Positions 10,985 through 21,490 of a stretch of DNA of 64,000 bases are shown here, piece by piece. Source of the stretch: Ranitomeya imitator. Its lineage: Eukaryota. Position 1 is the first letter of the stretch, and each line of letters starts with the position of its first letter. The stretch is from contig NC_091284.1 in assembly GCF_032444005.1 (NCBI RefSeq), positions 38,874,001 to 38,938,000 of the forward strand, written 5' to 3'. The translations under genes were made by a program, and so were the position numbers. Under the pieces are notes generated by a model. It was not told where the DNA came from. It saw nothing but the letters and a program-made list of their open reading frames with translations, and searched no databases.

Positions 10985-13360
10985 GTAAATAAATTGGGCA
11001 TCCTGGACAGCGCAAAAGCATTAGCGTTCTTATGCCCCGCTCGGTACTTGATGGTAAACTCGTAGTTGGACAGCTGGGCCATCCATCGCTGTTCCAATGC
11101 ACCTAGCCTTGCGGTTTCCAAGTGAGTCAGCAGATTATTGTCCGTGAACACAGTAATCTTCGCCGAAGCCAGGTAGTGTTTGAATCACTCGGTCACAGCC
11201 CAGACAATGGCGAGAAACTTGAAGGAACTATAGTTGTTGGGGTTCCTTTTACTAGGACGAAGCTTCATGCTGGCGTAGGCAATCACTCTCTCTCTGCCTT
11301 CCTGCACTTGTGACAGCACTGCTCCCAATCATACAATACTGGCGTCAGTGTAAAGTATGACTGGTTGGTCATAGTCAGGATAGGCCAGGACTTCATCTCC
11401 CATGAGAGCCAACTTCAACCGGGTGAAGGATTCTTCTAGCCTGCTGTTCCACTTGAACAGAGGATTCTTGTTCTTGGCCTTCTTGGATTGGCCCACTAGA
11501 AGGTCTTGCAGGGGTGCGGCTATCTTAGTGAAGCCCTTGATGAATCTCCAGTAGTAGCCTACCAACCTGAGGAACTGCCATACTTCATGAATGGTGTTGG
11601 GTTTTGGCCAGTCACTGATAATAGTGACTTTGTCAGGGTCTGGTGCCACACCTTCGGCGCTTACAATGTGACCTAGGTACTACACTCAGGGCTTCAACAG
11701 GTGGTACTTGGATGGCTTCACTTACAGGCCAAAGTTTGACAGGGCTTCGAACACCTTGGCCAGGTGCTTCAAGTGGTCTTCATAGGTTTTAGAGAAAACG
11801 ATGACATCAACCAGGTACAACAGAACGGTTTCGAATTTGTTATGTCCTAGGCGGTTCCATTAACCGTTGGAACGTTCCCGGTTCATTGCAGAGCCCGAAC
11901 GGCATGCAGTTGAACTCGCAGAGGCCCATTCGTGTTGTAAACGCTGTCTTCTCTTTATCTGCCTCTGCCGTGGGAACCTGTCAATACCTACTGATGAGAT
12001 CTAACGTGGAGAAATAGTTAGCGGATTTCAGTGCAGCTAATGATTCCTCAATCCTGGGTAATGGGTAGGCGTCCTTATGTGTAATGTGGTTAATCTGCCT
12101 GTAGTCAACACATATCCTCATTGTACCATCTTTCTTTCTAACGAGGACTAACGGAGCTGCCCAGGGGCTATAACTGTCTCTGATCACCCCAACCTCCTTC
12201 ATCTCCCATAACATACCCTTGGCATATTGATAATGAGCTGGGGTACAGGCCGGTACCTCTCTTTAATGGGCAGATGATCTCCGGTGGGGATATGGTGTCG
12301 GACCCCTTTTACCTGCCCAAAGTCTAGAAGGTGTTTGCTAAAGACCGGCTCATATTCTTGGACCACCCGGTAAGCCCCATGCAAGGGGTGGAGTCAATAC
12401 CTATCTGCAGCTTCTGACACCTTCAGCTGTTCTGCAGAGCCATTGTCCTCTGACTAGTCGGACGGGACCAGGGGTTCTACTGCCTGGATTGCGTTGTTAC
12501 TGACAGTGAACAGCTTAGCAAGGGTGGAGTATCAGGGTAGTTTGACCTCGTTTTCCCCACAATTCAAGATGTGTATAGGTACCCTCCACTTATGGACATC
12601 GACTGCTCCTCTGGCTGTCAGGATGGTGGGCCTACTATCAGAGTACAAGGGCTTTACCAGGGCCTGGTAGTCTTGACCCCTGAGGCCTATTGCTGCTCGA
12701 CACCAGATTAACATTTTACTCCTTAGGGGTATTGCAATTGGGATTGGATCACTCACTCTGACACTGCGGCCTTCTCCAACAGACAGTTCTACCTGTTGTC
12801 TCTGCACCAGGGCTTTGATCTCTTTCTGCAGGACCTGTTGCTCACCGGAACTGGCAGTTTCGGCTACCTGCTGCAATAAAACAATGACCTCGCCAAGACA
12901 ATTTTCTATCACATTTGTACCTAAGGTCATCATTGGGTTACATTCTCGCCGGTCAATATCTATAATTATCAGACCTTGGGCTTTCAACTCTACTCGCCCC
13001 ACCTTAATAGTCACCTCCTTATACCCCACTTGTGGCAAAGGCTGACCAGTGCTGGCAACTATTGTTAGATCATTATCTGGGCCGCGGGTAATATCAGAGT
13101 CAGCCCAGTACCGTTTATAAAGAATATATGGCATAGTCGTCACCTGGGGGCTGGTGACCAGTAAAGCATTCATCGGGATGCCATCAATCACGACGGGCAG
13201 GACCGGCCGTCCTCTGACATACTTGTCTTGCCAGCTTTGTGGGCCTGGTCGTCTTACTCCTGGGGGTTGGCCCTCTGCCCCAGGGGTTGCTTGTTTAAAT
13301 TTCAGAATCTTGCGATATGCCCCACCTTGTTGCAGCGGCGACAGATGGGCTGTCCGTCCT
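10985..13360 (-). mobile_element. Defective Ty3/Gypsy internal fragment: gag CCHC knuckle - protease - RT - RNase H, truncated before integrase
   Basis: DGQPICRRCNKVGHIARF (~13300-13360). IDGIPMNALL..SPQVTT protease. SPWAAPLVLVRKKDG..R.CVDYR and FSTLDL in RT. YLDD mutated to YLVD (11806-11817). ILYTDAS and EQRWMAQLSNYEFTIKYRAG.KNANA in RNase H. Confidence 0.95.
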
Positions 13361-13368
13361 CATCGTAG

Positions 13369-14268
13369 TGTAGGGGATATAAATATGTTATTGTTCCCTC
13401 TTCTCCCCAACCCCTTTAGGTGTGCATAATGAATATTATTAACGTGTTCGTACACGATGGTACAGCTACACATAAAGTGTATTACCACCATGTACAAGAG
13501 CATCGCTATACTGTCTGTATATTGCTCTGTATATATATATACAGTATATATGTTTGGCACACTTTGGTTTAGGGAAAGTTTGTCCCCGGGCCCAGTATAG
13601 TGATAGGGGCGTAGCGTCCATAGTTGGCCATTGGAGGGGGGCACTGTAGCATATGGTTAGAGTAGGAGGGGCACAGTGGCATAAGAATAGTTAGGCTTCC
13701 TGGTTGTAGTCAGTCAGGGCCTGGGCACCCGTGCAGCTCATAGGGCTGCCTGGCCCGAAGTCACTGTGCCCCGCAATGTCACAAAAGAGGGGCCCAGCAT
13801 AGAGCAGCTTGGAGAGAGGTTCCTTTAGGAGGAAGAAGTGTGGCAGTGCTGCGGACGCAGCTAAAGGAATCTGTCCCCATAGAGAGAAAGAGAAGTTTGT
13901 TCAGCTGGGCAGGACAAGCAAGGTGTGGCAGATTTTTGCCTGGGAGGCAGTTCTTAGAACCAGGCCGAAGCGGTGTAAGACTCCCCCATGTGGGAAAGAA
14001 TTCCGGATGGAATAGATTCAGCGGGAGCGGAAGATACGGTCAGATCCGGGGCTGAATATAGAGAAGGAGAGGACCGGGCAGGGACAGAGAAGAAGGTACT
14101 GACTGTGATACCCAAAGTGCCTTTATTTGAGCAAGTTGTGCTGAGTAAACAAGTCCATACTGAAGTAAAGTCAGAGTGTGTCTCCTTTATTTCGGACACC
14201 ATCTGTGAGGAATACATCCCCGTACCGGGCAAGTCCAAATGGCACAGAGAGTCAGCACGGAGGTAACA
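13369..14268 (+). mobile_element. LTR-like segment (~900 bp) abutting the Gypsy gag fragment
   Basis: Starts TGTAGG and ends GTAACA, with an LTR-like agtaaa/U5 region near 14140-14200. No TSD found, so the boundaries are less certain. Confidence 0.55.
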
Positions 14269-14912
14269 CAGCAGAGAAATGTGAATTTATGCAGGAGGGT
14301 GTTCAGGGAGTGATACCGGGATTGCTGTCAGCCATGGCTACCTCCCTGGCCTCCCCTTCCCACACTTGGCATATGGCGGTGAAGCCGGCGCAGTGATGAA
14401 GAAAGAAGAAAATGTTTTGGACGTGACTGACGCCGCAATTTCAGGATGTACGGATGCCCTGGAGTCGGCGTAAAACCTGGATATGACCGTAAATTTACTA
14501 AGAACTGACACAGCAAGGATGGCGACCCAGATGGCGATGAGTGGCACCAAAAAGAAGGACTATTGCTATAATTGTACCCTCTGTGGGTGTATCTGCGCTA
14601 AAATGGCGCGAAGATCCTTTGAGCGACGCCTCTGGAGGATGCGCTGGAAAAATTTACCTCCATGCCTACTCAAGCGACTTTAAAAGGAATGGGAGGAGCG
14701 ACGGGAAGTGACCCCACCCTGGAACAGGTGGGGCCCAGAAGAACATCATGGGTGCAGCTGCGCGGTGTCATTATGGGATTCGGCATCGGCAGGCATGCAT
14801 CTGTCCTGTGGCGGTGGAGGAGTGGGCCGCATTGAGTGTAAATGGCATATAGAAGATACTCAGCACACTCCAAAAAATCTGATGCAAAAGGGTGTTTAAT
14901 ACATACAGTATT

Positions 14913-14950
14913 CACAAACGTTTCGGTCTGCAAAGACCTTCATCAGCGTG
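14913..14950 (-). ncRNA. Minimal type I hammerhead ribozyme, canonical core
   Basis: Minus strand reads CACG CUGAUGA A GGUCU UUGC AGACC GAAA CG UU^UGUG: exact CUGAUGA, 5-bp stem II, GAAA, palindromic AACGUU stem III, stem I CACG/UGUG. Confidence 0.8.
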
Positions 14951-15063
14951 CTCTATAATTTGAGCCAGTCATAAAAACCTTAGTCCTTTATTTACGAATA
15001 CTTTCCATGGACAAGGTGTATGTATAAGGGCAGGACAAATGTGGTCATGCAGGCAAAAGAACA

Positions 15064-15104
15064 GGACTACGGCCGTTTCGCGTATAACACGCTTCCACAG
15101 GTCC
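15064..15104 (-). ncRNA. Minimal type I hammerhead ribozyme (A6U core change)
   Basis: Minus strand reads GGAC CUGUGGA A GCGU GUUAU ACGC GAAA CGGCCG UA^GUCC: perfect stems I and II, palindromic stem III, GUA triplet. The core differs from CUGAnGA at one position. Confidence 0.65.
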
Positions 15105-16119
15105 ACATACAGTATATACACAGAGTAGGTAGATATATAGATGTCAGTCACATATACAATTAGTACAGTGTCTGTGCAGCTTACCGTACATGTATTTTAT
15201 TACTAAATGATTATTTTTCTGGAAAAAAAATTCTCGTGGGCTCCAATGTAATTTTCCAAACCAGCAGAGGGAAAACCGATGGCTGGGGGGGGATTTTTCT
15301 AGCCCGTCAAGGGGGTAATACGCATAGGGGGACCACCCAAAAAAAAATTACGTAGGGTCCCCATATAATTAATAACCAGCAAAGGCTATGCAGACAGCAG
15401 CAGGCTGATATTAATATATTAATATCCTAGGAAGGGGCTGTGGATATTGGCCCCCTCCCCTCAGACTGAAAGCATCAGCTCTCAGCCACCCAAGAGAAGG
15501 TGCATCTCTAAGATGCGCCAAATCTGGCACTTAGCCTCGCTCTTCCCTCTTGCCCTGGTGCAGTGACAAGTGGGGTGATAGTTGGGGGGTTTATGTCACC
15601 TTTGTATTGTCAGGTGACATCAAGCCCAGAGGTTAGTCATGGAGAGGCGTCTATTAGATTGCTCTGCTGGTTTTCCTCTACACGGCACTGTTGATTTCTG
15701 GGATTTTCTCATGGTCCTGTCACCGCACCTCTGCCTCCCGGGTCCTGCTTGCTGGGGGGGTTGCACTCCTGAAGACTGACAGTTCAGGCAGAAGGTGCTT
15801 GATCCCTGCCTAGGAAGCTGGCCAGCGCTAGGCAAACAGAAGGACACTATAGAATAAAAAAATCCTTTTTCCTGAGAACGGAGAGAGTTTTTCATAAAAG
15901 ATAAATTGCAAAGTTGCTTATTTTTACCGACACTTTTTCCAATTTTTACCCATTTCATAAAATGAGACAACCACTTTTTCTGGTTTATCTCCCTCCTAAA
16001 AATACAAAATATAAAAGAGATCAAATATCTTATATACTCCAAAATGGTACCAATAAAAACTACAGATCGCTGCGCAAAAAAAAAAAAAAGCCACCAATCT
16101 CTCACAAAGAAAAAAGTAG

Positions 16120-16172
16120 GTGTAGGATTGCTGCTTCCAACAGATGGTGCTATAGAGTTCAATTTGCACATG
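16120..16172 (+). mobile_element. Fragment of short dispersed repeat carrying a CTCF-like motif
   Basis: tgtaggattgctgcttccaacagatggtgctatagagttc...aatttgcacat is homologous to part of 45033-45180 (with an internal deletion). Confidence 0.6.
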
Positions 16173-16222
16173 AAAAATACAGGAAAGCTATATATCTTGG
16201 TACCGTGTTAGCCGGTAGATAG

Positions 16223-16318
16223 AAAAATATTTAGAATCGAGAGTCCTCAGTGGTTGATTAACAGTTAGCCATTAAAAGGTATCAACCACTGAGAGGACTC
16301 TCAGTTCTAAATATTTTT
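16223..16318. repeat. Short palindromic (hairpin) element
   Basis: aaaatatttagaa..gagagtcctcagtggttgat pairs with atcaaccactgagaggactctc..ttctaaatatttt. Confidence 0.7.
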
Positions 16319-16473
16319 CTCACATGAAAAATAAAAACTCTAGGGGTAGTTTTCTTTTGTGAGAAGAGAAGGAAGAGAATGAAAACGCAAAAAAATAGAA
16401 ATTGGCTGCATTCAGATTCAAAATGACACTTTCAGGTGCGGTTTTAGCGGCTGTAGTTGTCCCTGATCACCGG

Positions 16474-17100
16474 CAGGTGTCGCTGTCCGTTCTAGGATCC
16501 TGCAGCGGTACTTACTCCGTTCCAGCAGCAGATGTCGCTGTCGCCTAATTTCCAATCAAGCGGACAGCGCTGCAGTGGTAGTTGTCATCAGTCCCCAGCA
16601 GATGTCGCTGTCCGTTCTAGGATCCTGCAGCGGTACTTACTCCATTCCAGCAGCAGATGTCGCTGTCGCCTAATTTCCAATCAAGCGGACAGCGCTGCAG
16701 TGGTAGTTGTCGGCAGTCCCCAGCAGGTGTCGCTGTCCGTTCTAGGATCCTGCAGCGGTACTTACTACATTCCAGCAGCAGATGTCGCTGTCGCCTAATT
16801 TCCAATCAAGCAGGCAGTGGTAGTTGTCATCAGTCCCCAGCAGATGTCGCTGTCCGTTCTAGGATCCTGCAGCGGTACTTACTCCATTCCAGCAGCAGAT
16901 GTCGCTGTCGCCTAATTTCCAATCAAGCGGACAGCGCTGCAGTGGTAGTTGTCATCAGTCCCCAGCAGATGTCGCTGTCCGTTCTAGGATCCTGCAGCGG
17001 TACTTACTCCATTCCAGCAGCAGATGTCGCTGTCGCCTAATTTCCAATCAAGCAGACAGCGCTGCAGTGGTAGTTGTCGCCAGTCCCCAGCAGGTGTCGC
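16474..17100. repeat. 125-bp tandem repeat (5 units) directly abutting the RCAN1 promoter
   Basis: The motif tttccaatc recurs at 16549, 16674, 16799, 16916, 17041 (spacing 125, 125, 117, 125). Confidence 0.95.
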
Positions 17101-17224
17101 TGCGGCGCTGTGACGTCAGCGTGCGGTAAGAAGTTGACACATTGGATCGGGCGATGTTCCGGCCGCCGCAGACGGGTTTCCGACAGTGATGTCATCGTGA
17201 TTGACGTCCCTTGCTGCTGACGTC
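17101..17224 (+). promoter_or_regulatory. CpG-rich proximal promoter / 5' UTR of RCAN1 exon 1 with CRE cluster
   Basis: TGACGTCA at 17111-17118 and 17218-17225. TGATGTCA at 17187-17194. TGACGTCC at 17202-17209. Inverted CCAAT (ATTGG) at ~17141. TSS not determinable from sequence. Confidence 0.65.
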
Positions 17225-17413
17225 ATGGACCAGGCCCTGCGGGAGTTCGCTGCCCACCTCGGGGTGTGTGAGGAGGCCCCCGGCTCTCAGCTGGCCGGAA
17301 ACGACTGGGATTTCCTGGATATCGATATGGCGGCCATCGACCTGCGCTCCCTGCCGATGTCCGTCATCTGCTGCAACCTGGAGGTCGGGGTCTTCTATGA
17401 CGGCCGCTGCAGG
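17225..17413 (+). CDS. rcan1: RCAN1 (regulator of calcineurin 1 / DSCR1 / calcipressin-1) first coding exon, isoform-1 type, 63 codons
   Basis: MDQALREFAAHLGVCEEAPGSQLAGNDWDFLDIDMAAIDLRSLPMSVICCNLEVGVFYDGRCR aligns by eye with mammalian RCAN1 exon 1 (LRPFAP...DWSFIDCEMEEVDLQDLPSATIACHLDPRVFVDGLCR). Strong Kozak gtcATGG. Phase-0 donor AGG|GTGAGT at the homologous position. CpG island context. Confidence 0.88.
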
Positions 17414-17902
17414 GTGAGTGCAGTGCGGGGGGATGGGCGCAGATAATGCCCCCCGAGCCCTCACTGTGGGGATATCCTATGGAGAAGCGACCCCCGCCCC
17501 CCTGACCCGGCCGAGCTGGTGAATTAGTGTTATCCATTGTGATGTTCCTCTGTTTATTCCTCCTGGAAATGTCTGACTTAAAGGGACGGTCCAGCCCTGC
17601 ACCGACGACTGATCTATACATTTGTCGCGTATAGTCGCCCTACCTGGTCCAAGATGGGTGATTCGGGGGTCCGACCTGTCACTGCGGAGGGCGCATGTCA
17701 CTTTTCAGTGCCGGAGTGGACTGTCGCGTTAATTAGGGTCAGTCAGGTGGTCGAGAAGGGTCCACAGTGCGGCCTGGGGTCAGGAGAGCCGCCGTCCAGT
17801 CCGTCTGCGCCCTTATGGGGTAACCTCCCCCTCTATCCTGTATTCATGCATCCTATATAGGGATCGCCGTATCTTGCCAACCGTTTTCATTTAGCCGCTT
17901 AA

Positions 17903-18237
17903 AGGGTCTTCCCATCTCCAAGACCCTATCCTGATATGTTCTAAGTGTAATAATAACAATATATTACCACCTCCTTCCAATTAGTCATGTATAGTTCTTC
18001 TGATTAGCTATGTCTCTTTCTTCATGTGCAGGCACCGCAGTAGCAGGTAACCATGGTGCTGCTAGCTGTCATTACATCAGTGGTCGTAACCATGGATACC
18101 TAATCTGCTGCAATGCCTGCACATGAGGAAAGAGACATAGCGAATCAGAAGAACTATACATGACTAATTGGAAGGATGTGCTAATATATTGTTATTATTA
18201 CCTATCAGGATAGGGTCTTGGCGATTGGAATGGCCCT
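17903..18237. mobile_element. Kolobok/T2-type MITE, near full-length palindrome
   Basis: TTAA|AGGG...CCCT|TTAA. Arms pair through most of the length (e.g. catgtatagttcttctgatt / aatcagaagaactatacatg). Confidence 0.85.
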
Positions 18238-19048
18238 TTAAATTGCCCCTGACAACAGGATTTAAATGACGCGGTCATCCCGGCAGCTATTGTCCCCTTC
18301 CCCTCCCATCGGTCACTGTCGCCGCCATCTTTGTGCTCCCATAAAGCCGGATTTCATAGAGGACAATAATAAAAAAAAATATAAAAACTCGTAAAAATAA
18401 AATCCCCCAATAGTATAAATTTCCAACTGACCCCTTTTCCCAATTGAAAAATAAAAATAAAAAATGTAAAATAAATGTTGTCCGGTCTGTAAAAATCCAA
18501 TCGCGGAAAAAGTTTATTTACCCGTACGGTAAAGCAAATATTAAATAAAAAAAAAAACGAATCAGTCAGGAAGGGGTTAAAGGGCCCCGTAACTAGATCC
18601 CTGTGCTGTTCTTTGTCACCTGATGTGACCCCTTACCTTAAAGGGACCTTCACCCTGCACCAGGGCATGCTGGGAAAGCTTCACTATAAGAGCGTGTCAG
18701 GAGGATTGTGGAATTATGGCTGCTGGTGCCAGACCCGGACCCCGATGCTGCCAGTCACGGCCCCTGGTTGGGAGGGCACTGGCGGAACGACCCCTCTCCT
18801 CCCCCAACATCTTCATCCTCTTAGAAATGTGTTCATAAAGTGACAACTGGGCGTTACCATTTCCACTTAGATGTACCCCCTCACACACCAGCAAAGATCA
18901 CGTTGTGTCTCCCAGAGCTCATGTGAGCGCTGCAGCTAATCAGTGGCTCCTGATGGGCTGCAGCGGTCAGAAGAGCATCGGGAGCCAGTGTCTGGGAGGG
19001 GGGAATACCGTGTGTCTTCTTTGGTATATATTGGACTATAGTATTTAA

Positions 19049-19349
19049 AGGGTTACCAGCATTTTTATTTCATAAATCGATATTACATGTGAAAATAATG
19101 GCCTTTCTCACCCTCCCCTGGTCCAAGCAAGGGTCAGAGCCCAGCGTCTGGTATTGTCTGCAGCGTTATAATGACGGCATGAGCTCACTGATTGTCTGCA
19201 GTGCTGCTGAAATGACATTAATGCTGCAGACAATAATAGATGCCGTGAGCAGCGGAGACTCTGCGGTGGACCTGGGGAGGGTGAGTAAAGCCCAGTTTTG
19301 TTTTTGTTTTGTTTTTTTGTTAAACTACCACCAACATTGCAAAACCCCT
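19049..19349. mobile_element. Degenerate T2-type MITE
   Basis: TTAA|AGGGTT start and aaaacccct end, with internal inverted segments. Confidence 0.5.
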
Positions 19350-21490
19350 TTTAGAAGGGGGAGGGGGTTGTACAGTATCGGGCACTCTTTTAATTCCCCA
19401 TATAATATCTGATGGTCTGGAGGATCTCGCCGTGGACACCAGAGGGCGCTGTGTGAGCATGCTCTTGGCTGGCAGGACACTATTTGGCTGGGATAGTAAT
19501 CCTAGTTCTTGTAGTGCCCGTGTATTTGCAGTAGGGGGCACCATCTGCCTTATTTTTTATGGCACCGCATAAGAGGGGGAGATGTATTTATTAACGCAGC
19601 GGTGACACTGGTGTGCCTGTATAGTTATTACATATCCGACCTTGCCCAGAATTTTTCCCAAACAAAATCTGCCAAATATTGAAATTGGGATACACCGGGT
19701 AATATAAATAAGTTGACGCACAAGATGGCGGTGGGAAAAAAAAAGTCTTATGGCGCTGGCCCTTTAAATCACTGATGCTCCTGCACAGCTGGATTGCGGA
19801 TCAGTGTGCGAGAAAATCCGACCGAGAACATCTGAGATCTCCTAATAGGAGAAAATAAATATTTCCTGCATTAAATATTAACATTGCGGGGAGTTAATGG
19901 TTTCTCGTCTCCTCTTCCTCCGCTTCAGCTGGAGTCTGTCAATTTAACTCCTTCTTCTCTGTTCTCCTTAATTTGCTGCGATCGTTCAGGTTCTGGATTA
20001 CCAGATGCTAATGTTCTATCAGTGTAGATATGTTCCTGCCGGACCACCATAGTCCTCCAGGTCAGGCTGATAACAGGGAACAGTAGCTGGCTCTTTGGTG
20101 CACGATGGTCCGGTGCAGAGGATTTAAGCAAACGCTCTCTCCAGGGACTTCTGGGAGGCTCCTGAAATAAAGGAAAGGCTCCTGGACGCCCAAGAGAGGA
20201 AGTAAATCCGGAAAAAATAGGGGGCGCCGTATACTCCTTTTGAGGGATGGATTTTGGTCCCAAATCTCACATAACTGTCAATAGTACCAAACGGGCCGTA
20301 ACTTCCGAATTTTTCGGAAATAAAGGGACGAGCGAGGTTTACATGAACTCTGCCCAAAAAGTGGGTAATCCCAGGGCAGTTCTGGGGGTGTACTGACTTC
20401 TCTAACCAAGATTTTGGTATGTGTGTCGTACAACCTCACCCACCTTCAGAACGGGGTCTACCAATAGTGAGGTATGACGTGACCGGAAAAAGTGGCGCTC
20501 CGTGTAAGGGATCCTCCCGGATGCAGGGTGCTGTCATGGGGAACATTTCTAGCGTAGGACTTGTAGATGTGGGGACTGAATGACGAGGGGCTTGTGCTCT
20601 TGCCATATGGGGGTGATGGAATTGGCCTGGCGGTCTGCTTTACTGATTCTCATAGAAGTGAATGGTGAGGGCTATGCACACGCACGCCCATGGAGGCGGC
20701 ACATTGCCCCTGGTGGTGTAGAGGACTGGAGATGTGAGTCTACTCCAGAAATGGCCATGTCATAAATGCACCTTTTAAAGGTTGAGCGACTCTTATGATG
20801 TGTTGTTGACTGGTGGCCCCCCAAATGTGTGCACGGCTGGCAGGTACCCCTGGGCATCATCCGCTCTGCCCACCCTGATTTTGTAGTCCCTGACCAATAT
20901 GATATGGAGGCGCATGTGACCGAGGTTGCCCAGGTTGCTCTTTTCTTGCCACCCATCCTAATTCCGTCCGTGCCTGGCTCCACCGCTCGCCAATATCATT
21001 AATTATAAACTTTTCTCTGAGTTTCCCTTTAATTAGTGACTTTTTTCCCCCTCCGGATCTGCAGGTCGTCGGCCATTGTGACATTTTTCCTTTCCATTTA
21101 TCCGTCACCGGATTCATTCCTCTCCTGAAATTGTTCCATTTAATATAATCGGAAAACTCGTAATTTACAGCCGATTCGTGGAATGGAGTCCTGCCCGATT
21201 CCATTACTGAATGACTCCGAGGTTAATGACGGAAATAATTCTACTTTATATTTATAAGGTGAGGTAGATGTTCTGCTGATCTGTTCCTGGGGAGGGATTG
21301 CTGCACACGCTCCACTATTCTTACCCCTCGCATATTTTGGGATTTCGTACCCTCTGTGTGATGACGGAGAGGCGACCAATGCGTTTTATGCTCTTCGACC
21401 ACTTTATAGAAAAGGAGCAAATTTGTATTCGTGCCGAACATCCAGACGCCATGAAGGTGCCGCGTTGTGGCACATCGCGTCCGCTCCTAC

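Noticed and set aside
14300-14900. Several 60-90-aa ORFs upstream of the hammerheads as a PLE reverse transcriptase or GIY-YIG remnant
   Set aside because: No RT or GIY-YIG motifs recognised in any listed frame.
19925-20560. Possible Gypsy integrase remnant (WAEF-like tetrapeptide)
   Set aside because: A single short motif only; the surrounding residues do not match integrase.
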